Positions 1 to 12,000 of a DNA stretch of 64,000 nt are shown piece by piece. The notes beneath the pieces were generated by a model that saw only the letters and a list, made by a program, of their open reading frames with translations, was not told the DNA's origin and did not search any database. This DNA comes from Hyphochytrium catenoides. Lineage: Eukaryota > Protista > Hyphochytriomycota. The number at the start of each line of letters is the position of its first letter. Position 1 is the stretch's first letter. The stretch covers positions 86,104 through 150,103 of the forward strand of contig FLMG01001546.1 in assembly GCA_900088475.1 (NCBI GenBank). Reading direction: 5' to 3'. Made by a program: the position numbers and the translations under genes.

Positions 1-3000
1 GTGTAGGTCAGTGTTAGAGGTGGATTTGTTAACAAGCAATAACAGATGAAGAGGGTACCCCATGCTCAGATCCTTCAGTCGGCTCATCTTAGTTTTCTCG
101 AAGGTTTCCAGCTGACCTAAGAAGAAGTCTTTGATGGACTTCTCCTTGTTCTGATAAGCTAGCTTGAGCTCCTCGAAATCCGACGACTTGCGCATGGCCT
201 CCTGGCTGAGGCCCTTGGCAACTCCTTCTACCATTATTTTACTCTCTTGCTTCATCGAAGACTTAAGGGCTGCTTCCTTGTCTTTGAATGTCTTATTCAG
301 GGACTCCAATTCCCCGAGCCTATCCTTCTTTAGCGTTAACGAAGCTGGCTGCTCCTTGAGTCGTGCTTCCTGCAATCGCTCTGCCCACTTCCTCTCAACT
401 GCTATCTCTGAACCTATCCAAGTCTTGGTAAGCTCAATTTCCGCCCTCACTAGGTTGAGGGAGGCTTCAGTTTGGAGGCCTAAAAGTGTGACCGGGGCTT
501 CCTCTTGAGCTATAAGAGCCGACAACTCCTTTCCATAAACTGCACGCTGATGCGACAGAACCTCGATTTCATTTTTCGAAAGCTCCAGAGCCTCTCGCGT
601 CGCGAGGCTCTTGACCCCGTTGTCCCTCACGAGGGCCGTAAGAGCTTTCTGCTTCTCTCCATCCAGCGCCGCTAGGACAGCGTCCCTTCCGTCCTGCACT
701 CATGACAGTCTTTAGTAAAAGAGTCCTCAAATGTCAGACTGTAAAGGCCACTCACAGCCAGATTCACTGCATCAGGAACAATGTGTCCTTCGTGCTCCCT
801 CCACTTTTGCAGAATCTCTTCCCTAGATAGCTCACCTCTGTCGTCAGAAGAAATATTCTGGATTAGTGATCGAGGACTACATGACAGTTGTAGATGGCGA
901 GGACATAACGGGGCTGAAGTAGGGAGATAATCTAAGGTGCAAACGCGGTGAAGAGAACTTCTTGGTAAATTTCTAAAGCTTCTTACCTCTCCATAGCCTC
1001 GACATCGGCTATCTTCGAACGAACCTCGTTTATGAGTTCTCGGTCTAGCTTTGCTTCCTTGAAATGGTGTTCTAGGGCTAAATCTATTAATAACTCCTCC
1101 TTTTCGAGCTGAGTCTGTCTGAAATAAACTTCGTCGTCTCCGGATCGTAACTTCGAAGTCAGCTTTTCTTTGGCAAGTTCAATTATAGATCTCTTGGCAA
1201 TGACCTTTTCCTGTATCGAAGCGAGATCTCTTTCTTTTTGAAGCAAGGCCAGCTCTTTTCGCTCAACTTCTTTGAAGAGTGCTTTAACTCTTCTAATATC
1301 AGCATCATCCTCCGTGCCCTGCAGCTCAAGCTTGAGCTTCAGCCGCTCAGTTTGGAGAGAAGCTATCTCGTTCAACAAAGGTGAGGGAGGAGGTCCTTTT
1401 CTCTCACTAGTGTCCACAAGCCTGTCAGTTTCGGGTGGTCCCAGCGACCAGGGCGATAAATATGCGTTAGAGAGTTAAAAGGAAGCAGCAAGTCGTCTAA
1501 AATTTCACGTACTAGGGTAGGCGAACATGCGGATTGCGTGCAAAAAACGAAGTATAGGTAAATGCAAGAGCCTTATACTTCAAGATGGACTCCATAGGTG
1601 AAGAGGCATCCTGCCCCCCTGCGTGGCGACTGTTTACCTGAGGTCCTGACGCAGCTGTAGATGTTGGTCTTCAGCATCTAGTCTTGCCTTTTTGGCAGCG
1701 TTTGCCAAAGCTGCTGTGAGCCTTTCCCTGCAGGTCTCAAGAAGCTTCTCTTCAGCCAAGCCGTTTTCTTTCCTTTGTTTCTGAACCAATTCATAGTCGT
1801 CAAGCTGCACAACAAGTGATGACTCTCAGTCTCTTTTTTCGCTCTGCATTTATATAAAAGGCACTTACATAAGGCCTCGCTGTTGGTACAGACGGTGCCA
1901 TTAGGTCTTTACCCGGAGAAAAGGCACTAGGCTTCAATTGCAACAGCTCGCCTACTTCTGCTACTGCAGATTGGTTGATAACGGATACGACCTCAGACAC
2001 TGCGATGGAAATGACCGGGATCATGGGCTCTGTAGAGGAGAGCAATGGGCTAACCAATGGAGGCATCTCCTCTGTAAGAGGTTTAGTGCTTTCTATCGAA
2101 AACTGAGCAGCCTCAATCATCTTGAGCTCCTCTTCAGTTTTGTCTATCTCAGCGGCGAGAGCCTTAGCCTGCTCATGGCCCTTAGACTGAGTAATAACTT
2201 ATCACTGTAAATGCCTACCTCCGAATTTCCCCCTTCCGTGGCGCCAGGATCAGCAGTCGGCCTAGAGCAGAAGTCATCATTTAGGGTAGATCCGGAACAT
2301 ACGTTTTAAGTAGGACGCCATACACTGTAAAGCTCTTCCGTCGCAGGTGTATCTGCTCTTCAGTCTTGGCGACGTTCTCAATCACGCGCTCTAAATCTCT
2401 TCTATCTTCTGAAGCCCTTTCTTCTAGTTCCTTCCTTATTTCCGGCGAGATCTCGACACCTGTATCCTCCAGAGCCATTATCTGTGATAGAAGGCGACAT
2501 CGGTTACGGGCATTAGCCAAGCTTAACAAGAATGAATGCTATTCCTCCCGCTATTGCCAGCCTGTATCTATTCATCTTACCATCTCCTGTCCCATGACTT
2601 CTACACGTTCAGCATCAGATTTAGCTGCTGCTCGTTCCATCTCAAGGTTCTCTGCCAGGAAATCCTCTTGAACTGGGGCACTATGTAGGAGAGAATCTAT
2701 TTGCCGTCCCTCCTCAAGAGATTGGACGGAGGATGTCCGCTTCAACATTATTTCCTTTTCGAGGGCTTGTAAAGCTGCCCTGATTGTTTTTTGGACGTCC
2801 AACATCTTCTGGAAGGAGGAACCAGTCTCTTCCTTCACCAGTTGAAGTCTTTCTTTAGCTGCCTCTGTGGAGCTCTTCAGAGAATCAAGGAAACGAGAGA
2901 GCCTAACTGAGAGCTTCCCCACTGGGTTTAGGAAAGTGATACAAAAGAGGATGATCAAGTTAGCTAAAGTCCATTGTCTTGATCGAAGCGGAGTTATCCT

Positions 3001-6000
3001 ACCTAATTCCTCTTCCAAATCCAAATTCTGCTTCTCGATGACACTTTGAAGAAGATTCCAGGAGTCTGTCAAAAACTTATTGAGACCCCTTTCAAAGTTG
3101 TTCATGCCTGCTGCAAAGAGATCAAGCCTCTCTACTATTGCCTTAGTATAAATGTTATCAAAGTCCCCTTCTGTCTTCGTCAACATCTCTCGGTGATTTA
3201 GAAGCTCCAGGACCTTGGAACCCTTCACTCCCTGCGCATTTGCCTCCCAAATGGCTACCGCGGCGGCGCATCTAATCTTTTCGCAACCGCAAAGCGTCAT
3301 GATGCCGAGATAAGGGTTGCTTGCAAGATTGACGGGCAGCTCTCTGATACAATGCTTAAACACACGGTCCATCATCTCCTGCAGTCTATTGAAAGTCGCT
3401 GATTGCAGCTCAAGTGATACCCTATGATCCTAGTAGTCGGAGTGCATATTAGGCAGAGGTATGGCGGGACGCCGTCATCACCGTAATGTACCTTCTTCGA
3501 TGCCTCAAGCATCTCAGCAATCACCCTACGACTTAACTGGAGGGTGCCTCCAGAGAGCGTCTCCGCCAACTCAGCCAGGGCATTGTGAAGGTCTTCTTGA
3601 GCCTGATACGCGTGTTATTAAGACCAATTCTTGCTGATGGCGTTTTCGCCGGTTATGGGCCTTACTGACCTCTGTCAGTCCATCCTGGAAAGACTCTCTG
3701 GCGTTAAGTTCTGCGAAGAGCTGGGTGATCATGAATTTTTCGCTTCCTCCAACAAGCTTCGCTCCTTCAGCGAGCATGACCTGTAAAATCTGCTTGATCT
3801 CATTGGCCTCAAGCTGACAAGGATAACCTCAGTAAGAGGGCATCAATCTCAGCAAGCTGAACAGATACCGGAAATACCTTTAGAAGCTTCTGAGCTTCTT
3901 CTGCAACCTTGTTCTGTGCCTCAAAGCTCTTGCTGTTAGACTCCTGTATTTGTCTGAGTGCTACCATAACTGCTTCATCGACTAGTGTGTCCTCAACCGT
4001 TAATCCTTGATCTGACATATAATTGATATCAACGAAAGCTCGGAACAACTTGGGTCAGACCACTGAAGCCTTCTACCTTGAGAATCAGGCGATATGGGGA
4101 GATGGCTTGCCATCGTCTTAGCAAGCTCACCCTGCATCTCATCTTTCTGCACTTCTACTTTAGGTTGTTCTTGGAGGCCAGTCAACTCTTGTCTCTCCTT
4201 AGGCTGCACCATGGCGCCCTTCTGGTGGAGTTGGGAAAAATCCTTCTTCTTCGCCTTTTCTTTATAACCTAGGGGGAATAATAGAGGTGGTCAAAATTAC
4301 GCCGCTTGATGCGTCCTCATACTAGACATACCATTGACGGTCAACTCGCTGCCCATCCAGTTGCTCCTGCGAATATAGTATAGGGAAAGAATCACAAGGA
4401 AAATAACCCCAAAAAGTCCGCTCAACAAGCCGGATACCAATCCCCAATCTGGTGTGAGAATAATATTCTTGGATTTGTTGGCACTTAGTTGCAAGAGGCT
4501 GGAGGAGCTGAGCGTCGTGATACTCTTTCTTGGGTCGGGACAGCTCGTCTGGCCATTCATCACAACTATCACAGACTGGGCAGCAGGATTGCTACTCATG
4601 CTGAACACATATGTTCCTAGAGTAAGAGAGATTAGTAATGGCTTATAGGTCACCGAGACGCGTCCACTAACCCTCTTCCAAGAATGTAAAGCCGAAATAC
4701 TTGACATCGCTGCCTCCTTCTATTTGTCTTTGCAGCTGCCTGAACAGTCCGAAATCAAAGTTTTGATTGGTGTTCAGCATGCTGTCCTTCACGTATATAG
4801 GATACACTCTACTCGTCTGCCCTGTCGTCGCTGTCAAATCGAAGAAAACACTGTCTCCTTGCTGAAGGCACACCACCGGGTTCGTAACCGACACCTCCAA
4901 GGGTAAGGCGCCCAACCGCCGCCGAGCTGAGGATGATGTGCCATTGGTCGTCGGAACAGTAGAGGAATAGCTACCTGCAAATCAGTGAGGTTAAGGAACA
5001 CAATTAATTGCATCGGGATGCCAAGGAAGAGTAAATACCTCTCATCTCTGTTGGAGAGACCAGGAAGGACACGACATCGCAAGTTGAGCCCGTCATGCAC
5101 TCGATTTTGCCGCTGAAGCCTGTGAGTTTTAGGATGTCGAAACTCAAGACCGGCATGGAGTATAGACTGCTCTTTCTTCTTACCTGGAATCTGGGAAGGC
5201 AGGACGGACACCTGCTGATTCGTCAACGGATCAATCACATTCAATCGTCCACTCTCCTTGTCCACAGTTGTCTTTTTTAGCAGGTCGCGGCAATTCGCAT
5301 CACACGTCACATCTATGTCGACTTGACTATGGCAGTCGCAGATGCCAAAGCGGGAAACAAACTGACCCCCTGCAGGACACTTGTTATCGCAGGCTTTATC
5401 TATGTTGACACATTTACCAGTCGAATCCCGCACATAACCTATGGAAAAAGAAGAGTGATGTTAATAAACTACTAGAACGAAGGAAGGTTACATCACCTAC
5501 CGTCCTGACAACGGCTATAAACCTTCGGCTGGCAATCGGTATCCCCGTCTCTGTCGCTCTGAAGCTGCCAATTTTCATCATAGAACTCATACCCAGGACG
5601 GCATATACAGAGCCCATCCGACTTCTGGAAAGTCCTGAACGCCCCCTTGCATCGGCAGACGACACTACCCTCTTCACTCGTTGAGCTGCTAGAGCACGGG
5701 CGGCAAGAGGCCTGACCGGACTCGGCGCCGAAACTACCAGCTGGACAAGGGCGACAGGCTGTCCGATTTTCAGAACCTGTGTCGGCGTTAAAATGGCCCG
5801 CTGGACAGGGAGTCGCCGCTGCGGAACCAGGCGGACAATAATGGCCAATGGGACAAGGATATCCCCCGTCTCTCCCCGCATGGCTGGGTATTGCTGTAAT
5901 AGTCTTTCCAAGGCAGACAAACCCTCCTAGACATCTAGCGCATGTCGAGCTATTAAGCTGGTCATTATATTGCCCCGCAGGGCAGTCTTCACATCCATCA

Positions 6001-9000
6001 AACGTCGAATTTCTCTTGCCAGCAATCCCTGTAATACGTCCTCGCGTTCCCAGAGGACAAGGGACCGGGAAGCCAGTACCAACTGGACAATAGAAGCCCT
6101 GATATAGATTTTAGTAACTTTTGAGGGCTCCTCGTTGTACTTTAGCTTACCCGAGGACATGCCAGGGGATCTCCCGTTCCGGGTGGGCAGTAAACTCCAT
6201 CCGCACATGTTATCGGTTCCCGTGACCCGGTCAAGCAAAAGAACCCAGCAGGACACAAGTTACAAGAAGCGGACCCTTCAGTCGCATAAGATCCTCCTGG
6301 GCAAATGTTTGGAAGCGTGCTACCCGACGGGCAAGCAAATCCCGCTGTGATCTCGTCAGCAAGTCAAGAATAAGACTTTCTGGAAAGTCTACTTACCTGA
6401 ACAACGAGAGCAGGATGACGCTGAAGTACCACCTAGCTCAGCTCGATAGGTACCAGCCGGACATTTAGTAGCCTCCGTCGCACCTTCAAGGCAAAAGGAT
6501 CCCGATGGGCAAGGATAGTCCGAATAACTCGCTAAGGCAGTCTGGTTGCATAGGAATCCCGAAGGGCAGCTGCGGCAGCTTTGTCTGGTACTCTTTTGCA
6601 TCTCTTCATTGTACGTGCCGGCCAAACATGGAATGGGGGCAGATCCTGCAGGACAATAGTGGCCTGAAATAAAAAGCCAAATTAACAGATCCTTACTTCA
6701 GCCCATCAGCAAGCAAAAGACCATGACCTGCGGGACAATCCTGGCCAAGGNNNNNNNNNNNNNNNNNNNNNNNNNNNNNNNNNNNNNNNNNNNNNNNNNN
6801 NNNNNNTGCTGGACATGGACCTCCTCTGTAAAGCTTAAGTATGGTTAGAACAAGCTCTTTCAGCTCAATCGAGGGACATTACCAAGGGGTCTTGTTGAGA
6901 AAGAGGAAACATTTCGGCGTCTACTCCCGCAAGAACTAAATTCAGAGTGAGGGCTGGCTCAGGTGACGACATCCCTGCTATACAGAAATGTCCAGCAGCA
7001 CATTGGCCAGAGATGATCCCGTCGCGACAATATGAGCCGCCTGGGCATTCTGAGCAGTTTGATGCAGACGCAAGTCCGACCGTGGCGCCATAAGTTCCCA
7101 GTGGACAGGGAATTGGCTCGATTGTTCCCTCCTGGCAATAGAATCCTTTGGGACAGCTGGAAAGGGCGCTGGAGCCTTTTGGACAGTATGAGCCCCCAGG
7201 ACAGGCCGAGCATGAAGTGCTTGCTAAAGTATTCGTCATCAGTATACAAAGGTGCACGGGGTGTATCTTCTGATCTTTTACCTGGATTAGGATTATAGGT
7301 TCCAGCTGGGCAGTCGACTTCCACAGCAGATCCATTGACACAGAATTTCCCTGCTGCGCATGGAAAGCCTGGAGATGATGGAAGAGTTGTAGATTGTACG
7401 TGGTAGAATACTTCATCGTCAATAGAATACCTGTTCTAAGGTCCCTAGGCGCAGGAATAGATGCACCACCTATGCACGCGTAGCCCCCGAAACAGAGCCC
7501 TCCGCCGATGGCGGTAGGGAATGGTGATTGCGCCCCACCGCTGCAGTAGAATCCTGGTCCACATGGCCCTGTTGGAGCCGTCAGCCCCGTGGCGTTGCAG
7601 AACTGGCCGGCTGGACAGGGACTACATTGAGCAACAGTCTGAAGCGTGGGAGTAAGTTATACAATAACTAAACACAACTACATAAGAAGCAACAAATATT
7701 ACTTTGAGAGCGGGCGTGGCGCTGAAGGTACCCACTGGACAAGGATACCCTACATAAGAATCAGTTCCGCTGGGACAGAAGTGACCACCTGGACAGGGAA
7801 TAGGTGTGGACGCGTTGGCAGGGCAGTACGATCCTTCTGGGCAAGTCAGACATCTCTCTTGTTGAGGATATGGCTGATAGGTTCCGGCCAAGCAGGGCAA
7901 CGCGACGGCAGAACCCAGCGGACAGAAAGAACCTACAGGACAAGCCAGCGTGGGCTCCTTTGTCCCAGAAGGGCAGATAAAACCTCCTGGACATGGAGTA
8001 GTAACGTTGAAAGTACCGCTGGTTGGGCAGAAGAAGCCTGCGCTGCACTGCTGACATTGGTATACCGAAGCAAGACTAGTGGCTGAAGAGTAATAACCTG
8101 CAGGGCAGGGAAGTGGTTCAGGCGTTCCTTCGGGACAGTAACTGCCAGACGGGCAGATATCTCCTTCCGTCACTGGTCCACCACGAGCAAGGGGCATTGA
8201 GGTGGTGCTTCCAGTCCTGCAGTAGAATCCTTCCCTGCAGCTACCCGAAGGAGAGGTCAAGCCAGCCTCAGCGCAGAACTTCCCCGGTGTGCATGGTGCA
8301 CATTGAGAGGCTTGCTTCAAAGAAGTCTGATTACTGAAAGTTCCTTTTGGACAGGGAGTCAGCATGTACGTGGCCGAACCATTAGGGCAGTAATAGGCTG
8401 GGGGGCATGCAATTGGAGCGTCAGATCCCATGGGACAGTAGCTTCCTGCAGGACAGGTCAAGCACTGCCAAGTGCCTACCAGATTCTGATAGGTCCCACT
8501 GGGACAGGGAACAGGCGCGCCCGAACCCAGAGGGCAATAGTTGCCGATCGGACATGTATGATTGGTGGTGCCAGCTTTTCCTGGACAGTAAAATCCCTCT
8601 GGACAGAGGACGCTGGGGCTTGTCATATTGCTCTCTGGACACAGATAGCCTGCTGGGCACGCGGTACATTGCTCTTCTTCTGCCAGTCCTGTGCTGTTAG
8701 AAAAGAAACCAGGCGGACAAGGTTTGGGAGAGAATGTGCCCTCAGGGCAGTAGAAACCCCGTGGACAGGTGCCGCCCACCAAGCCTGCAGAGTTTCTCTG
8801 GCCCGTTGGGCGAGGATCTGCGGCACCCTGAAGACAGTAGTATCCTGCTGCACACTTGCCCGTTACGGAGGCACTGGATGCTGTATCCGCGCAATAGTTA
8901 CCGGGGCTGCAAGACGTAGGGTGCGATGAGCCCTCGGGACAAAATTGGCCCAGTGAACATGGACCCCCTACTGAGGATAGAGTAGACGGAGTTGAGGTAT

Positions 9001-12000
9001 TAGAGCCACCTACACAGAAGTAGCCCTGCGCGCATCGGCCAGTCACGTTGGTCTGTCCCGAAGAACGCACGTAGTAGCCGGGTGGCGCTGGAAGGCATTG
9101 GGAGGGGATGGTAAGTCCATAAGAATCGCTATAGGTCCCACTGGAACAGGGATATTCTGTCGAGTACCGTGTTCCACCAGGACAATAGTGTCCAGGTGGA
9201 CATGTGTTGGCTGCATAATCAGCGGTTCCGGTTGGACAGAAGAAACCGGCGGGACAGGTATTACAAGTTTCGCTTCCGCCATTAGCCGAATAGGTGCCTG
9301 CTGGACATGAGATCGGTGCCACAGCTCCTGCAGGACAGTATGATCCCGGTGGACACCGATCCCCACCTACTCGAATACCCCCAAGTAACACAACCACCCC
9401 AGTAATCGGGTTAGGAACCTCGACTCCAGCCCGGCAATAGTAGCCGGCTGCACAATCGCTCGCAGTCGCCGGGCCGCCAGAACAAAACTTTCCTGCCGAG
9501 CAGAGTGAGCAGGTAGTTACCGAGGTAGCTGCAGTCGCGAGCGAAAATGTTCCAGGTCGACAAGGCTCCGGTGTCAAACTCCCAGCAGGGCAGAAAAAAC
9601 CCTGAGGGCAGGCATAACCTGTAACGCCGTCGTTAGGATTCGGAATGCTGCTACCGCCTTTACATATAAAACCAGCGCTGCAGTTCCCCGTTGGGGCCAT
9701 AAGACCAAGCGAGCCGCAATATTGACTGGGCGGGCAAGAAATGCAGTCTGTGGCGGCGGTGCTATAAGAATTAGGGTTGTAGGTTCCCAGGGGACACTTC
9801 AGAGCTAGCGGTGTGCCGAGGGGACAGTACGTTCCAGGAACACAGGCCTCTCCAAAAGTCATGTTAGCAGAAGGGCATTGATACCCTATCGGACATGGAG
9901 TGCAAGTTGCAGCGCCAGGAGACATAGAATAAGTGCCTGGAGGGCAGGGCAAGGGGCTTGATGAACCCTCCAGAGTGTAAAATCCCGGAGGAGTGATGTA
10001 TTGGGTGGCATTCTCGCTCCCTCCATGACAATAATAGCCCGGCGCACATTTACCCGTAGGTGCTGGTTGTGAGCTCCCGCTACAATAATACCCTGGAGGG
10101 CATGGCTGACAGTCTAGCGCCGAGGTTGAGCCCGTATTATTATTAAAAGTACCAGGAGGACAAGGACTTGCTTGATATGAGCCACGCGGACAGAAACCAC
10201 CTGGAGGGCAAGGTCCTCCCGTACCCGGCACCGCTACAGATCCGGGGGACCCAGGAACAGACGACACGGACCCTGAAATGCAGTAGTAACCAGCATCACA
10301 GAGGTTTGTTGGCGCGGGTAAACCCGCCCCATTGCAGAAATAGCCAGGACTGCACGGGAGACATTCCTCTACTGCTTTCAGACCAGTGTAATTGCCAAAC
10401 GTCCCAATAGGACAAGGCTCCGGTTCTACACTCCCAGAGGCACAATAGTGCCCACGAGGGCATGTAATAGGGGACTGAGAAGCTCCAGGACAGAACCCTC
10501 CAGCAAGACAGGTTAGACATTCCGCTAACGACCCCAATCCAGCGTTGGGGCCGTATCGGCCCGGAGGACAACTCTTCTCCTCGGGTCCTGTAGACGACCC
10601 TGGACAGTAAAAGCCGGGCGAGCAGCGTCCACGAGGGAAAGTTGAATTTGCACTACACCACCATCCCTTTGGGCATTCCAAGCAGTCCAGGGCTGACATG
10701 GCATTGGTGAGATTGTTGTAGGTTCCTGGCGGGCATGGTGTAGGCCTTGAAGTTCCTGCAGTGCAAAAGGAGCCTGATGGGCAAGGAGTCAGGGTGGAGG
10801 TGGGAACTACAGCCGTTCCTTGTGCACAGTACATTCCAGGGAAGCACACCCCAGCAAGAGCCGCCGTACTGTTTGAGTAAGCGCCACCTATCAGCATTGC
10901 AGTTTGTGACGTCCCTTCAGCGGCACAGAAGTACCCAGCAGGACATCTTGAACATTCTGCTAATCCTGCTTGCGAGAAGTAGCCTGCTGGGCAAGGAATC
11001 GGTTCACTCGCACCTTCCGGGCAAGCGTAACCTTCTGGACAGCGGTTACAGGCTGGCCAATCGCCAGGCCCCGCATCGGTAGATCCCAACCTCGAGGAAT
11101 ATGTGCCCCCAGGGCATGCAGCAGGAGAAATGGAGGCTGCAACGCAATAGGATCCCTTGGGACAAGCCATGCATTCTCGCTCATCGATGCGTCCAGTGTT
11201 GTTAGAGTATGTTCCTGCAGGACAAGGGTAGTCTGTTGGGGACCCTGTACCCTTAGGACAGTAGTGACCCGTTGGACAGATCCCTGTGATCTCGCTGGAA
11301 GCTCTTGCACAAAAGTGACCTTCTGGACAAATAGTGCACTCTTCTGCAACTCTCAGATCCCTTCGGGCACTATAGGTCCCAGGAGGACAGGGAAACTGGG
11401 TGGCGTAAGAGGTACCTCCGGATCCGCTACTTGGGCAGTAGTATCCTGGAGCACAAGGAAGGGGAGGATTACTGTTACCTCCGGTCCCCTGTTGACAATA
11501 CTGGCCGGCAGGGCAAGGTAAGCAATCGGTCAGGCTAGCGGCAAAAGTTAGATTGTTGATTGTGCCTGCAGGACAAGGGAACTGCGTAGCGGAAGCTGTG
11601 CCTGAAGGGCAATAGTATCCTGGACTGCATGGAAGCGACGCCACCGAGGCTCCAGTTGAGGGACACGCAAAACCCGGAGGACAAGGGAAGCAAGGACCCG
11701 TCAGGTTCACTGTTGGGTTATATGTACCAATCGGGCAAGGGAGGGGAGATATGCTGCCCCCCGGGCAGTAGCTACCAGAGCTACAACCGTGGCAGTCGGA
11801 AACAGACGTTGCAAGTGTCGCATTGTTATAGGTTCCTGCAGGACAAGGATTGCCTGTGTAAGTGTCGGTACCCGCAGGACAATAGTACCCCGATGGGCAG
11901 GCAATGCCCCCAGAGGAGCCAGAGGGGCAGTAGTAACCTGGAGGGCAAGGAAGGCAGCCAGAGATGGAAGATTTTCCTAATTGTAGATTAAAGGTCCCTG

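Noticed and set aside
58-7620. Fragmented minus-strand ORFs suggesting a pseudogene, frameshifting or stop-codon reassignment
   Set aside because: The breaks I checked are all bridged by GT-AG introns that restore the frame. Genes in the window end in TAA, TAG and TGA, and conserved exons have no in-frame stops.
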